Shown piece after piece: positions 48,546 through 58,651 of a stretch of DNA of 64,000 bases. The translations under genes and the position numbers were made by a program. The stretch is taken from positions 27,404,001 through 27,468,000 of the forward strand of contig OZ024742.1 of NCBI GenBank assembly GCA_964016885.1, given 5' to 3'. Position 1 is the stretch's first letter. Each line of letters starts with the position of its first letter. This DNA comes from Eledone cirrhosa. Lineage: Eukaryota. The notes under the pieces are model-generated. The model saw only the letters and a list, made by a program, of their open reading frames with translations, searched no databases and had not been told where the DNA came from.

Positions 48546-48926
48546 CAGACATATTTGTTACGCTTAAAATTGACTTCAAAGTGATTAATATAATCTCAAG
48601 AAACCGGATCACGTGATCAACGGGAAATACAGACATAGTGATGAATATGTTTCGCTCGGTTTTGTAGCTGTGTGTGATTCATTTTATTGTGTCGTATTCC
48701 ACAAAATATCATTAAATGGTGCTACCGTCCGAGTTTAAGATGTGAGGTAAATATTAGACTAATCGCTTGGAACCTCGCGCCCAGCTCATTCAGCTTCCCC
48801 TGCGTATAAAACAAGAAGGTATTGTAATAAAGTATATTTAGAGATATCTATCATTAACCCTTCACATAGCACAGCTATGTGAACTGAGAAAATATAAGGA
48901 CAAACGTTGTTCCAAAGTCAACAGCA

Positions 48927-49859
48927 CGAGAGTCGGCTGAAAATTTCATAGGCTGACCAAGATACTCTCATGGAATGACCAAATGAGGTTTATTTTTAAA
49001 CATAGTCCCTGGAAAAAAACAATGCAGTTATTAAGAAGAGTTGAAATTAATGCATGCAAGATTTCACAGCCCTAGCATTACTCCTTCATATGCTGACCAA
49101 GATCCTCTTATGGAATAACCAAATGAGGTTATTTTTCAACATAATCCCTAGAAAGAAACAATGGCATAGCAGAAAGTATACATAATGGTCTCAGGGAAAA
49201 TGTAATTATCATATGATCCACATGACAGATGCAATGTATCCGAACACGGAAGAGCTGAACTCCCACCTTCATCGCCCCATCACTCTCGCCCTCCCCATCT
49301 CGCTGTATAGTGAGCAAATGGGATCCCACGTGCTGGCCCCGCCATTGTTATTAATAAGAGTTGAAATTAATGCATGCAAGATTTCACAGCTCTAGCATCA
49401 CTCTTTCAGAGGCTGACCAAGATACTCTCATGGAATGACCAAATGAGGTTCATTTTTCAACATAGTCGCTGGAAAGAAACAATACAGTTATTAGTAAGAA
49501 TAACTGAAATTAATGCATGCAAGATTTCACAGCTCTAGCATCACTCCTTCAGAGGCTGACCAAGATACTCTCATGGAAGGACCAAATGAGGTTCATTTTT
49601 CAACATAGTCGCTGGAAAGAAACAATACAGTTATTAGTAAGAATAACTGAAATTAATGCATGCAAGATTTCACAGCTCTAGCATCACTCCTTCAGAGGCT
49701 GACCAAGATACTCTCATGGAATGACCAAATGAGGTTCATTTTTCAACATAGTCGCTGGAAAGAAACAATACAATTATTAGTAAGAATAACTGAAATTAAT
49801 GAATGCAAGATTTCATTCCTCCTTCATAGTCAGCCTGTGATCTTTTCAGCCGACTGGTA
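48927..49859. mobile_element. MITE with internal tandem array of five units of about 143 bp
   Basis: TIRs gtcggctgaaaatttcataggctgac / gtcagcctgtgatcttttcagccgac. Units start at 48951, 49091, 49411, 49554 and 49697; unit 2 has an insertion of about 180 bp. Confidence 0.85.
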
Positions 49860-50194
49860 CATAAAAATGTATATGACCTTCGAGAGGCTAATGCAATAAA
49901 TATTTCATCACTCAGACCCTACCCCCCCTTATTTGTGTAAACAATTCCACGTCCAAACTCTGGTCTCAACACTGACGACGCCAACCCGAACATGTGAACT
50001 GCAGTGAGACATTAGGTGATATTTATGAAGTGAACGGGGGTGTAGTTTCGCGTGTCTGTATGAATGGACCTCAGTCGGTTTCGACGATGAGTATTCAAGT
50101 AGTTCGAACAACGGTAACGCATGCTCATGAAATTAACTTGTAACTCTCTATATTTCTCAATATATTATGTCGGGAAATATACCTAGATTGTCAC

Positions 50195-51040
50195 TATCAG
50201 TAGATATTTGGAAAACATGCTTTGCAGCATATAGCTACGGTACATTACGATCTGAGTTCAAATCCACCGAGGTTAGCTTTGCATTTAGTCCTTACGGGAT
50301 CAATAAAACAAACTACCATTAACGCAGGGTTAAGCCCCCAGTTATTGCGGGTACGCATTTTCAGTTATATATATGGGGTAACGTGAAATGAAGTGTTTTG
50401 CTCAAGAAACACACAACCCAGATGTACTTTACATAGACACGTGTACCCTTAATGTAAATCTCGGGGAGATCCAACATGAAACAGTATGAGACAAGGCTGG
50501 TACTTTGAATAACAGGTTAAAAAAAATTTTGTTTGCCTGCTGGGTGGACTGAAGCAAGTGAAATACGATTTTTGCTCAAGGACACAACTAATTCAAACTC
50601 ATGACCTTAGGATCGTGAGCCGATTAGTCGTGGCCATGACGCCACCTACCTTCATTGATAAGAGATTTACCAATTTTCCTCAATTAGTGAACGACTATTA
50701 TTATCGTCTTTTGCTTTGGGAGGCACACATTTCAAATTAACAATAAATGTGAAGGTGCGTGGCCCAGTAGTTAGGGTGTTGGACTTACAATCATAATGTA
50801 GTAGATTCAATTCCTTGACTGGGTTGTGTGTTTTGTTCTTGAGCAAAACATTTCATTTCACGTTGCTCCAATATATTCGACTGAAAATGAGCACCAGCGT
50901 TAATGGTACTTTATTTCATCGACCCAGTGGGACTAAACGCAAAGCTAACCTCGGTGGGATTTGAACTCAGATCATAATCTGTCGTAACTCTATGCTGCAA
51001 AGCATGTTTTCCAAATCTCTACCGATAGTGACAATCTACG
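50195..51040. mobile_element. SINE cluster: S1 (+, 50195-50325), S2-like (-, 50375-50640), S2 (+, 50750-50895), S1 (-, 50895-51040)
   Basis: Recognisable S1 and S2 motifs. Confidence 0.7.
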
Positions 51041-51789
51041 TACCAATTGCTGTCGTTAACAAATTAAAGTATCTTCAAACAGTTATATAATTATATAACG
51101 AGCAGTTGAACCACTTAACGACCGAGTCTGTTCAGCATCAGCTTGTAGATTGTCACCTTCCTCTAACATTCTCTATTTAATATATTTTTTTGTTGCAAAC
51201 AATATATATTTTATTCCATTAAAGGTTGTTGAAATATTGAGAAATATACAGAGTTACGTCCCTTGGAAGGGACAGTTATTAGAGTTATTTCCCTTGAAAT
51301 ATTATTATTACATGAAATTAAAATCTTTCTCAACATTTTGGTTGTTATATCGGTTGCTGATTTACACTGAAGTTTGCTTCGCAATTGTTAGGTCCTAGGT
51401 TCGATCCTACAGCGTGGCGCCTTGTTCACATATTATTATTATCATAGCCCCGAGTAAGTGTCATGTCTTGTGAGTCGACCCACGCCCTTGTTTATCAACT
51501 GATGGTTATCTCTTCCGGGATACAACACCAGGATATCACATGCCATATTGTTTAGTTGTATAAATAGTATTACAAATATTGATGGAAATATGAAAGAAAA
51601 AGAGAAAAGGATAAAAACAAAACCAAACAACGAACAGAGGGAGGAGATAAAGAAGGGCAGATCTGACAGTATAGGTAAGTATATGAAAGGAAAGCTTAGG
51701 GAAAAGCAAGGACTCTGGGGCCACGGAAGAAAGGGAAGAGGGAAGGATGATAGGCTCTATACCTGGGGCGGGGTGTTGTAAGAACATTT

Positions 51790-51938
51790 ATAATAATTGT
51801 TTCTACTTTTCTACTTTATTTTATCTACCCCGTAAGGATGAAAGGCAAAGTTAACCTCGACAGGATTTGAACTCAGACCGTAAAGAGACGTAACTATGCT
51901 GGAAAGCATGGCGTCCGACCCTCTACCGATACTGCCAG
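51790..51938 (-). mobile_element. SINE S1 with internal deletion
   Basis: Reverse complement of head, B box, central domain and tail. Confidence 0.8.
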
Positions 51939-52529
51939 TATGAAATACTAATAGTACGTCGTATCTATTACCTTAGAATTATACTGGTTTCTCTCCTTGA
52001 TGACACAAAAAAGGAAACAATTTAGGGAAATAGAGATCAGCTGTAATTTATTCTCAAGTCCATCTCGAGTCAGAGGAATCATCAGGCCTGCGTTTGTCCG
52101 GGTTTTCTTTGCGTTAAGGTACTGAGAGTTTTCATGATTATCATTTCCATACTTACTACAGTGGATTGGTAACATTGGTACGATATTGTGTTATGTTATT
52201 TGTAGTTTGTTGTTCAAATCTCCCTTGCGTTAACTTTCATTGTTATGTGAAGATTGCCTTCATAACCAAAGTAAAAATCGCTGCACTCCTTAACCAGTCA
52301 AATACTGGGATCGATCCTTCCTATATCTCTTTCTCATTTCCTTTCTCTCACTCTCTCTATCCTTCTCTGGAAGAAATCTACTGTATTCAGACCTGAAGAG
52401 GAGATGGGTTCCACCAGGTTTTAAAATGTTCTAGAAACAGTGTATGTCAATACGGTGACACAACGTCACCTCCAGGAGTTACAGAACCATGTCATGATCC
52501 TTTTCGAAGTACGAAGTGTCGTGTTGCTA

Positions 52530-52579
<50 letters not shown>

Positions 52580-52836
52580 TTTCATTTATTGGCCACAAGG
52601 GCCGACATATAGGGGACAACACAATAGACAGGGACAGTGGGGGTTTACATAGAGATCGAGTAAGTATAAATAACAAAAAAACAAAAACAAAATAACAATA
52701 AAAATACAACAATGAAAGTTCCCCAATAAGAGGGATCACCACCCAGGGTTGACTCAAGCACCCCACCAGTCCTGAGCCACCCGACGCTCCTAGGGCACCC
52801 GGGAAGGGCACCCCTCTCCTTCTCGAATTCACCAGT

Positions 52837-55800
52837 CTACAGGCGCATGATCAGAGTAGGCCCACTCACGCGGGCCATTCTCGCCACATTCACCCACCTT
52901 TCAGTAAATGTACTGGGGGGCAGCACTTCTCTCTCCACCCTCACCTTCCTTTCCAAGTGAAACTTGAAGAAGTTGATGAGGGATTGGCCGAAGAGAAAAG
53001 TGTCTGTCTTCAGTCCTTTCAACCTGGTCCACCATGCAACCTCTTTCGCTACTGCCACCAGGCAGAGGAAAATTGCCTGCCCTTCCTGACCAAAAGAAGG
53101 CGGCGGGTCAATCTTCACTATGGACTCGGACGATAGCCGGATCCGTTCTACACGCGACAATAGCTGTTCGACATAACCCCACAAGTCAGCAATGCACGGA
53201 CACTGGACGAGTGCGTGCAGAACGGTTTCGTCGCTCTGCGCGCATCTCGGGCAGGTTCGTCTGACAGCACTTCCGTGCCTGTAGAGTTTATCCCGAACCG
53301 GCAGCGCCCCCCGGTAGCACTGCCAAGCGAGGGATTTCTGGAAGTTATCCATCGTCCCCGGCTCGAAAGTCCTCCGGAACATACTGGTCAGTTCTACTTC
53401 GTTGACGCCCAGAGCCTCTCCTAGTACGTCATCGCACTTGCCCTCCACTAATCCTCTATAGAAATCTTGAGTGGAAGTTCCACTGACCGCATTGCCCACC
53501 TTGCAGAGTGCAGTGAGCGCCTGGCAACATTCCAGATGCCAGTCGCCCAGTCTCGGTCTCTTCTTGACCCAGGACTGCAGCTCAGTCAAAGAGATGAGCT
53601 GCGGAAAGGCCCGTCTAACAAACGGCGACCACACCTGTTCACCGTTTAGGCAAAATATCTGGAGATGTCGCAGCCTCAGCGCATGTCTGCGCATCATTAG
53701 CCACGGCATGCCCAGCCCTCCACGAAGAGGGTGCTGGCAGCAGATGGACCGCCTCACCAACGGGACCCGTCCCCTCCACAAAAATTTGAAAAGGAGCCGT
53801 TCCAAATTGGCGAGGCGTGGACGGGGGCAAGGCACGACGGTCAGGCGGTAGTAGATGACGGACGCGATGTACGCGTTCGCCACCTCCGCCCGCCCTTTCA
53901 GTGATAGCTTTCTCTCAGCCCATTTCTGGGTGAGGTTGGCTATCCTGCTCGTCACCTCGTCCCAATTCTTATCCACCTGGAGGTCTGGTCCGAACCAAAC
54001 CCCGAGCAACTTTACCGGTCCGTCTGTCCAGCGCCCAACGACGCTGTTGGACGGCATGGACTTGCCTCTCCAGGTGCCGAGCTGCAAGCCCACCGACTTT
54101 TCCGGGTTAAGTTTTGCTCCCGTCAACCTTTCATATTCCTCCAAATGGGTGCGGATCACCTCGATTTCCGAGGTGTCCGACACCATCACGGTGATGTCGT
54201 CCGCATAAGCGGACGCAGCCTTTCTACGTCCCGGTTCGAGCGGGATGCCCTGCAACAACTCCAGCTTCCGCAGTAGAGGCTCAAGAGTCAATACGTACAG
54301 AAGTGAGGAGAGAGGGCACCCTTGACGGACCGATCGAGAGATCTGAAACGGTTCCGAGAGGTGGCCATTAACTTTGACCACCGAGCGGATGCCGCTGTAC
54401 ATTGCAGCGATCCAGCTTCTGAAGACGGGGCCGAAGCCAGCCGCCTCGAGGACAGCCTCCAAGTACCGATGGTCGACCCTATCGAATGCTTTCGATTGAT
54501 CTAAATTGATCAGAGCCCCACCGAAGCCAGGTTTGCACCCAACCCTCTCTATGATGTATCGCATGAGGTGGAGGTTGTCGTGTATGGACCTGGTCGGGAT
54601 TGCGCAAGTTTGCGCCTCCCCAACCAAATCTTTGACGACAAGCGCCAACCTTTTCGCTAACACCTTGGCCAAAATCTTAAACTCTGTGTTGAGCAGGGTT
54701 ATGGGCCTGAAATTATCTAGTGTGTCCCTCTTGTTCTCGTCTTTCCTTATCAGCGTCACTACGCCACGGCTCACAGAACTGGGAATGCTCCCGTTCTGCT
54801 GCCAGTTGCAGTAGAGCGCTTCGAGGAGATCGGAGAACAAGTCTGGCATATTTACGTAAAGCTCGTAGGGCAGACCATCCAAACCGGGTGACTTGCGACT
54901 CGAGCAGCCGACAAGGGCGTCCTGAATTTCGGCTGATGTTATCGGCTCTTCGCAGCGCTCAGCGTCGGCCGTCGAGAGGCGTGGCAAGCCGTCGAGGTAG
55001 GGACTGAAGTCCGCCGCCGTCTCCGACTCACCCATCCTCCCGAACAATCGAGCAAAGTGCTGGCGAAAGGCCTCACACATCTGCTTGGAATCGCTCAGTT
55101 CGTGTCCATCTCGATCCGTCAAAGACCGAATTGTGGTTTTATTTCCACGCTGCGTCTCTGCAAAGCGAGCCCATCGGGCAGCTTTGGTTCCCTCGTTCCT
55201 CAGAGCACGCGCCTTAGCTCTGACAATGCAACCTTCGTGTTTCGCATTGAAGAAATGGTCTAGTGCCATTCTCGCCGCTAGCACGTCTGTTGCAATGCCA
55301 CTACAAATAGCCTCGTCTAACTTAGCTATCAGCCCCTCCTCCTTTCTATTTTTCTCTATTGCTACTTCTTTGCTAAATCCTATCGAGGTTGCTCTAATCT
55401 CTCTTTTGAGTGCCCCCCACCACCTGTTGTTGACAACCCCCCCTGTCAACTTTTGCTTAACTAAGTTGTTGACCCGGTCCCTGTAAGCTTTACGTGCCGG
55501 AAACGACATGTTTAGCTTCCAGTAGCTAGGTCCTAACCTACGTGTCTTATCTAGGTCGACCATACAGATCACAAGCTTGTGATCTGAATAGGCAACCGTT
55601 TTAAAATGTGGACATCCTACACTATTTCTATCTCTTTTCCTAATGAAAATCCTATCTATGTACGATCTAGATGACCCTATGCGATTGGTCCAGGTCCATA
55701 CTGGCGCATTAGGGAAATCTAGTCGGTACCTGTCAGACAGTTGAAACTGGCTGATCAGGTACTTGAGGCTTTTGCACCCCCCGCTCCTATCAGATACTCC

Positions 55801-56256
55801 CACACAATCCCAGCGTGCTTCTAAGATGCCATTCCAATCCCCTATTAACAGTAAAGGGCGAGACGTAAGCAGAAAGTTTTCCAGGCGCCTAAAGAAGTCC
55901 GGCCGACCGGCCCCAGTAGGGGCGTAGACGGCCACCAGTCTAAAGGCACCACCTTCGCTATTGCTCACGTCCAGGACCACCAACTTTCCGTCAGGATCCC
56001 GGAAGATTGACCTTACCTCGAGATCCAGACATTTCCTAAACAGCACAGCCACTCCACCTCCCATTCCCGGCCGACTAACAGATGCAAAGATCTGATAATC
56101 GTCGAAAATCGGCGCCAGTGCGCGTGTGTCGGAAATTCTGGTCTCGCTGATGGCAATTACATCCATTCCTAGTGACCTGAGGTCGTTGAGCAAGTGACCT
56201 TGCTTCCAGGGCGACCCCAGGCCACGAACATTTAAACTTCCTACTCTTATGGCCAT
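52837..56256 (-). CDS. LINE ORF2, 1139 aa: APE endonuclease, reverse transcriptase, C-terminal Cys/His zinc-binding domain
   Basis: Motifs GSLNVRG, ISETR, VYAP, GDWN, SYIDR, SDH; KSPGLDG, FRPITLL, DQSKAFDRV, RQGCPLS, AYADD; CPRC-x8-H-x4-C. Confidence 0.97.
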   Translation of the reverse strand: MAIRVGSLNVRGLGSPWKQGHLLNDLRSLGMDVIAISETRISDTRALAPIFDDYQIFASVSRPGMGGGVAVLFRKCLDLEVRSIFRDPDGKLVVLDVSNSEGGAFRLVAVYAPTGAGRPDFFRRLENFLLTSRPLLLIGDWNGILEARWDCVGVSDRSGGCKSLKYLISQFQLSDRYRLDFPNAPVWTWTNRIGSSRSYIDRIFIRKRDRNSVGCPHFKTVAYSDHKLVICMVDLDKTRRLGPSYWKLNMSFPARKAYRDRVNNLVKQKLTGGVVNNRWWGALKREIRATSIGFSKEVAIEKNRKEEGLIAKLDEAICSGIATDVLAARMALDHFFNAKHEGCIVRAKARALRNEGTKAARWARFAETQRGNKTTIRSLTDRDGHELSDSKQMCEAFRQHFARLFGRMGESETAADFSPYLDGLPRLSTADAERCEEPITSAEIQDALVGCSSRKSPGLDGLPYELYVNMPDLFSDLLEALYCNWQQNGSIPSSVSRGVVTLIRKDENKRDTLDNFRPITLLNTEFKILAKVLAKRLALVVKDLVGEAQTCAIPTRSIHDNLHLMRYIIERVGCKPGFGGALINLDQSKAFDRVDHRYLEAVLEAAGFGPVFRSWIAAMYSGIRSVVKVNGHLSEPFQISRSVRQGCPLSSLLYVLTLEPLLRKLELLQGIPLEPGRRKAASAYADDITVMVSDTSEIEVIRTHLEEYERLTGAKLNPEKSVGLQLGTWRGKSMPSNSVVGRWTDGPVKLLGVWFGPDLQVDKNWDEVTSRIANLTQKWAERKLSLKGRAEVANAYIASVIYYRLTVVPCPRPRLANLERLLFKFLWRGRVPLVRRSICCQHPLRGGLGMPWLMMRRHALRLRHLQIFCLNGEQVWSPFVRRAFPQLISLTELQSWVKKRPRLGDWHLECCQALTALCKVGNAVSGTSTQDFYRGLVEGKCDDVLGEALGVNEVELTSMFRRTFEPGTMDNFQKSLAWQCYRGALPVRDKLYRHGSAVRRTCPRCAQSDETVLHALVQCPCIADLWGYVEQLLSRVERIRLSSESIVKIDPPPSFGQEGQAIFLCLVAVAKEVAWWTRLKGLKTDTFLFGQSLINFFKFHLERKVRVEREVLPPSTFTERWVNVARMARVSGPTLIMRL

Positions 56257-56285
56257 GCTGGCAGGATGAATGGGAGAGGAAAGGT

Positions 56286-58148
56286 TTACTTACCTTCCGG
56301 GGTCTTGTGAAGGTCGGGTGGTTCGACCTCCATGGTTTGTGGGGTTTCTTTTGGGAACCCCTTTAATAGTCTTGACGTGGGTTTTACGTTCGGGGTTCCC
56401 ACATCCCGAGGAAAGCTCTTTCGAATTTCTTTGTATGAAGCGAGCGACATTCGCATCAGAAGCAAATTATCTGGTACGCGAAATGTGCTCGCTTCAAATG
56501 TTTCCCCGTCTTTTTCGATGTTTGTGCTTCGTGCTACATGGGCCATCAATTCCTTGTTGGCCCTTCTGGCAAGCACGAAGTTTTTAATGTTTTGTTGCTC
56601 GGGTTTTATTTGTTCGTGTGATTGTGGTGGTGATAGCTTTGTTAGTGTTGTTTCTATTGTGTCTGCGTTTGTTGTGGGTGGGGTGTCTGTAGTTTCTGAT
56701 GTTTGTGTGTCTATTTGTTCTTGTGTCTGTTTAGCTTGTTTGCGTTTGGGGGATTTTGGTGGTTGTGTTGGTGATGCTGTGGGGAAAATGTTTGTGTGGG
56801 TGGTGTGTGTATTTTTTTTTGTGGGGGTGTTTGTGCTTTGTGGATTTCTTTTTTTTTTGTGTTTTGTTTTTTGTATTTTGGGGGACTTTGGTTTTCCCTC
56901 ATCTTCACTGCTGGAGGATGAGGGGTCTGTGGCTGTGAGCGTGTTTGTGTCTGAGTGAGTGTTTATGTTCTTGTTCGTGTGTGTATTTTGGGGGGGAGGG
57001 GGAATGGGAGAGCTTTCCTCGTTTCCCCCCTGGGTGTGCAATTTTGGTGGTTCCATTGTTGACGGTGTTGCTGGTGGTCCTTGTCCCGGCGTCGCCAGCA
57101 GTGGAATCTTTCGACCCCTTGCGCTTTTCGGCAGTTGAGGGCAGAAGGCTCGCAAGTGTGTCGTTTCCCCACAAAGGAAACAATGCGGCCTTTTGCCCTC
57201 AGTCATTATATGCAACACCCTCCCGTTTTGGAGGCGGATGTGGTCCGGGATTGTTTTTACGTTTTCGGGTCTGATTTGGAGCAGTATCTCCAGATCAACC
57301 CCGGACCAGTCGTCCCTGGCAGTTCTCGTTGCCTCTACCGGGACTGTATCCGTTCCTTCCACGATTACGCAACCCAGGAGCCACCACATATCAAGTCCTG
57401 GTGGAATCCTGGGAATGCGCACACGTGCTATTCGTTTTCCCATGTGGGAGGGGTACATTATGACCTTGCTGGTTTTGCAAGGGGTCATTGAATGCTTCAC
57501 AGCGAGGGCTTCAGACTTGAACAGCACCGAAACGGTGCCGTATTGCCTGCCCCTCTCTATGAAGTCTGTGTCCTCTCTGATGTGTTTCAGTGCGGCTTCT
57601 ATGTCAGCTTGGGCGATTATCGCTGCCCTCTTTGTCTCTACTGAGATGCATCTGAAATGCACCGTTCTTTTTTCCACTGCCTCAATGGCTTCTGCCGGGA
57701 CAGTTAAGTTTGCCCAGGTCTGCTCTTGATTTATGATTTTCCAGGCCTGGGCCAACTTTTCCTCTCTGTTGGTTAAGTCGATGCTGTAGCATGGTCTCCT
57801 TTTAGCCGCTGCCACAGCAGCGAAAGTGTTCTTGTTGGTGTTGTCACTGTTGTTGTTCTTGTTGGTGTTGCTGCTGCTATTGCTGTTGTTGTTCTCCCCT
57901 GTGTCGTGGTTACCTTCTGTGCTGTTGGCCTTGTTGGTGCTCTCGCTATTACCACCTTCTGCGCTGTTCGGCTTGTTGGTGTTGGTGTTGTCGCTGTTAC
58001 CACCTTCCGCGCCGCTCGGCCCGTTGGTGCTGGCACTGTCGCTGCTCACATTCGTGCTGGTGGCGCTCCTCGCCTCACCTCTCCTCTCAACGCTCAAGTC
58101 GCCGTTGCACGACAGCAGACCCGCCTCTAGGGGGCGTGGCTCCGCCAT
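56286..58148 (-). CDS. LINE ORF1, about 620 aa: Asn/Ser-rich N-terminus, TFAAVA motif, single CCHC knuckle, Pro/Thr-rich C-terminus
   Basis: Open frame containing CFLCGETTHLRAFC. Start placed at the ATG at 58148 (MAEPRP), in an A-rich aaaacATGG context like family A ORF1. Confidence 0.9.
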   Translation of the reverse strand: MAEPRPLEAGLLSCNGDLSVERRGEARSATSTNVSSDSASTNGPSGAEGGNSDNTNTNKPNSAEGGNSESTNKANSTEGNHDTGENNNSNSSSNTNKNNNSDNTNKNTFAAVAAAKRRPCYSIDLTNREEKLAQAWKIINQEQTWANLTVPAEAIEAVEKRTVHFRCISVETKRAAIIAQADIEAALKHIREDTDFIERGRQYGTVSVLFKSEALAVKHSMTPCKTSKVIMYPSHMGKRIARVRIPRIPPGLDMWWLLGCVIVEGTDTVPVEATRTARDDWSGVDLEILLQIRPENVKTIPDHIRLQNGRVLHIMTEGKRPHCFLCGETTHLRAFCPQLPKSARGRKIPLLATPGQGPPATPSTMEPPKLHTQGGNEESSPIPPPPQNTHTNKNINTHSDTNTLTATDPSSSSSEDEGKPKSPKIQKTKHKKKRNPQSTNTPTKKNTHTTHTNIFPTASPTQPPKSPKRKQAKQTQEQIDTQTSETTDTPPTTNADTIETTLTKLSPPQSHEQIKPEQQNIKNFVLARRANKELMAHVARSTNIEKDGETFEASTFRVPDNLLLMRMSLASYKEIRKSFPRDVGTPNVKPTSRLLKGFPKETPQTMEVEPPDLHKTPEGK

Positions 58149-58358
58149 GTTTTTTTTGAGAAAAAAATTATTATTTTTTTCAAAATAAAGTTCAAATATT
58201 TGGGCCAAAAGGCCCAAATATTATGAGTTATTCCTTCACAGGATACAAATTAATGTCTTATAATGCTTCAGCGGTACAAAAAATAAACAATTCTCTACAA
58301 TTAATCCTCAAAAATTGCTTACTCACGGAGCTTCAAAAAACGTACATCCACTTTCGTC

Positions 58359-58390
<32 letters not shown>

Positions 58391-58651
58391 TTTCTTTATT
58401 AACCACAAGGGTTTACATAAAGTAGACATTAAGGACAGTGCAGGACAATGCAGGACGGTACAAATGGGCATTTCTGCGTGTAAAAAAAACAAAAACAGAG
58501 GATGTAACAAAAATAACAATGAAAATAACAATGAAAAATTCCCCAATAGGGGGGAGACTTCGGAGGGACATTTGTGGAGAAAGCCCAGTAAAAAGCCACA
58601 ATGACCCTGACCACCAAGGCAAGTGCCCTCTCCCAGTTTTCCACCTTTAGT

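Larger units (their letters stand above)
52578..58358 (-). mobile_element. Full-length, apparently intact Tx1/L1-clade LINE, family B (about 5.8 kb)
   Basis: Two open ORFs. The 5' end GACGAAAG directly follows (ATT)10 at 58359-58388. The 3' end GGCCCTTGTGGCCAATAAATGAAATC is followed by (ATT)16 at 52530-52577. Confidence 0.96.

Noticed and set aside
48951-49820. CRISPR-like periodicity
   Set aside because: The units are complete 143-bp tandem repeats without unique spacers, the context is eukaryotic, and there are no cas genes.
56258-56293. 36-nt GT..AG mini-intron between family B ORF1 and ORF2
   Set aside because: Probably too short to splice, and family A lacks the AG at the equivalent position.
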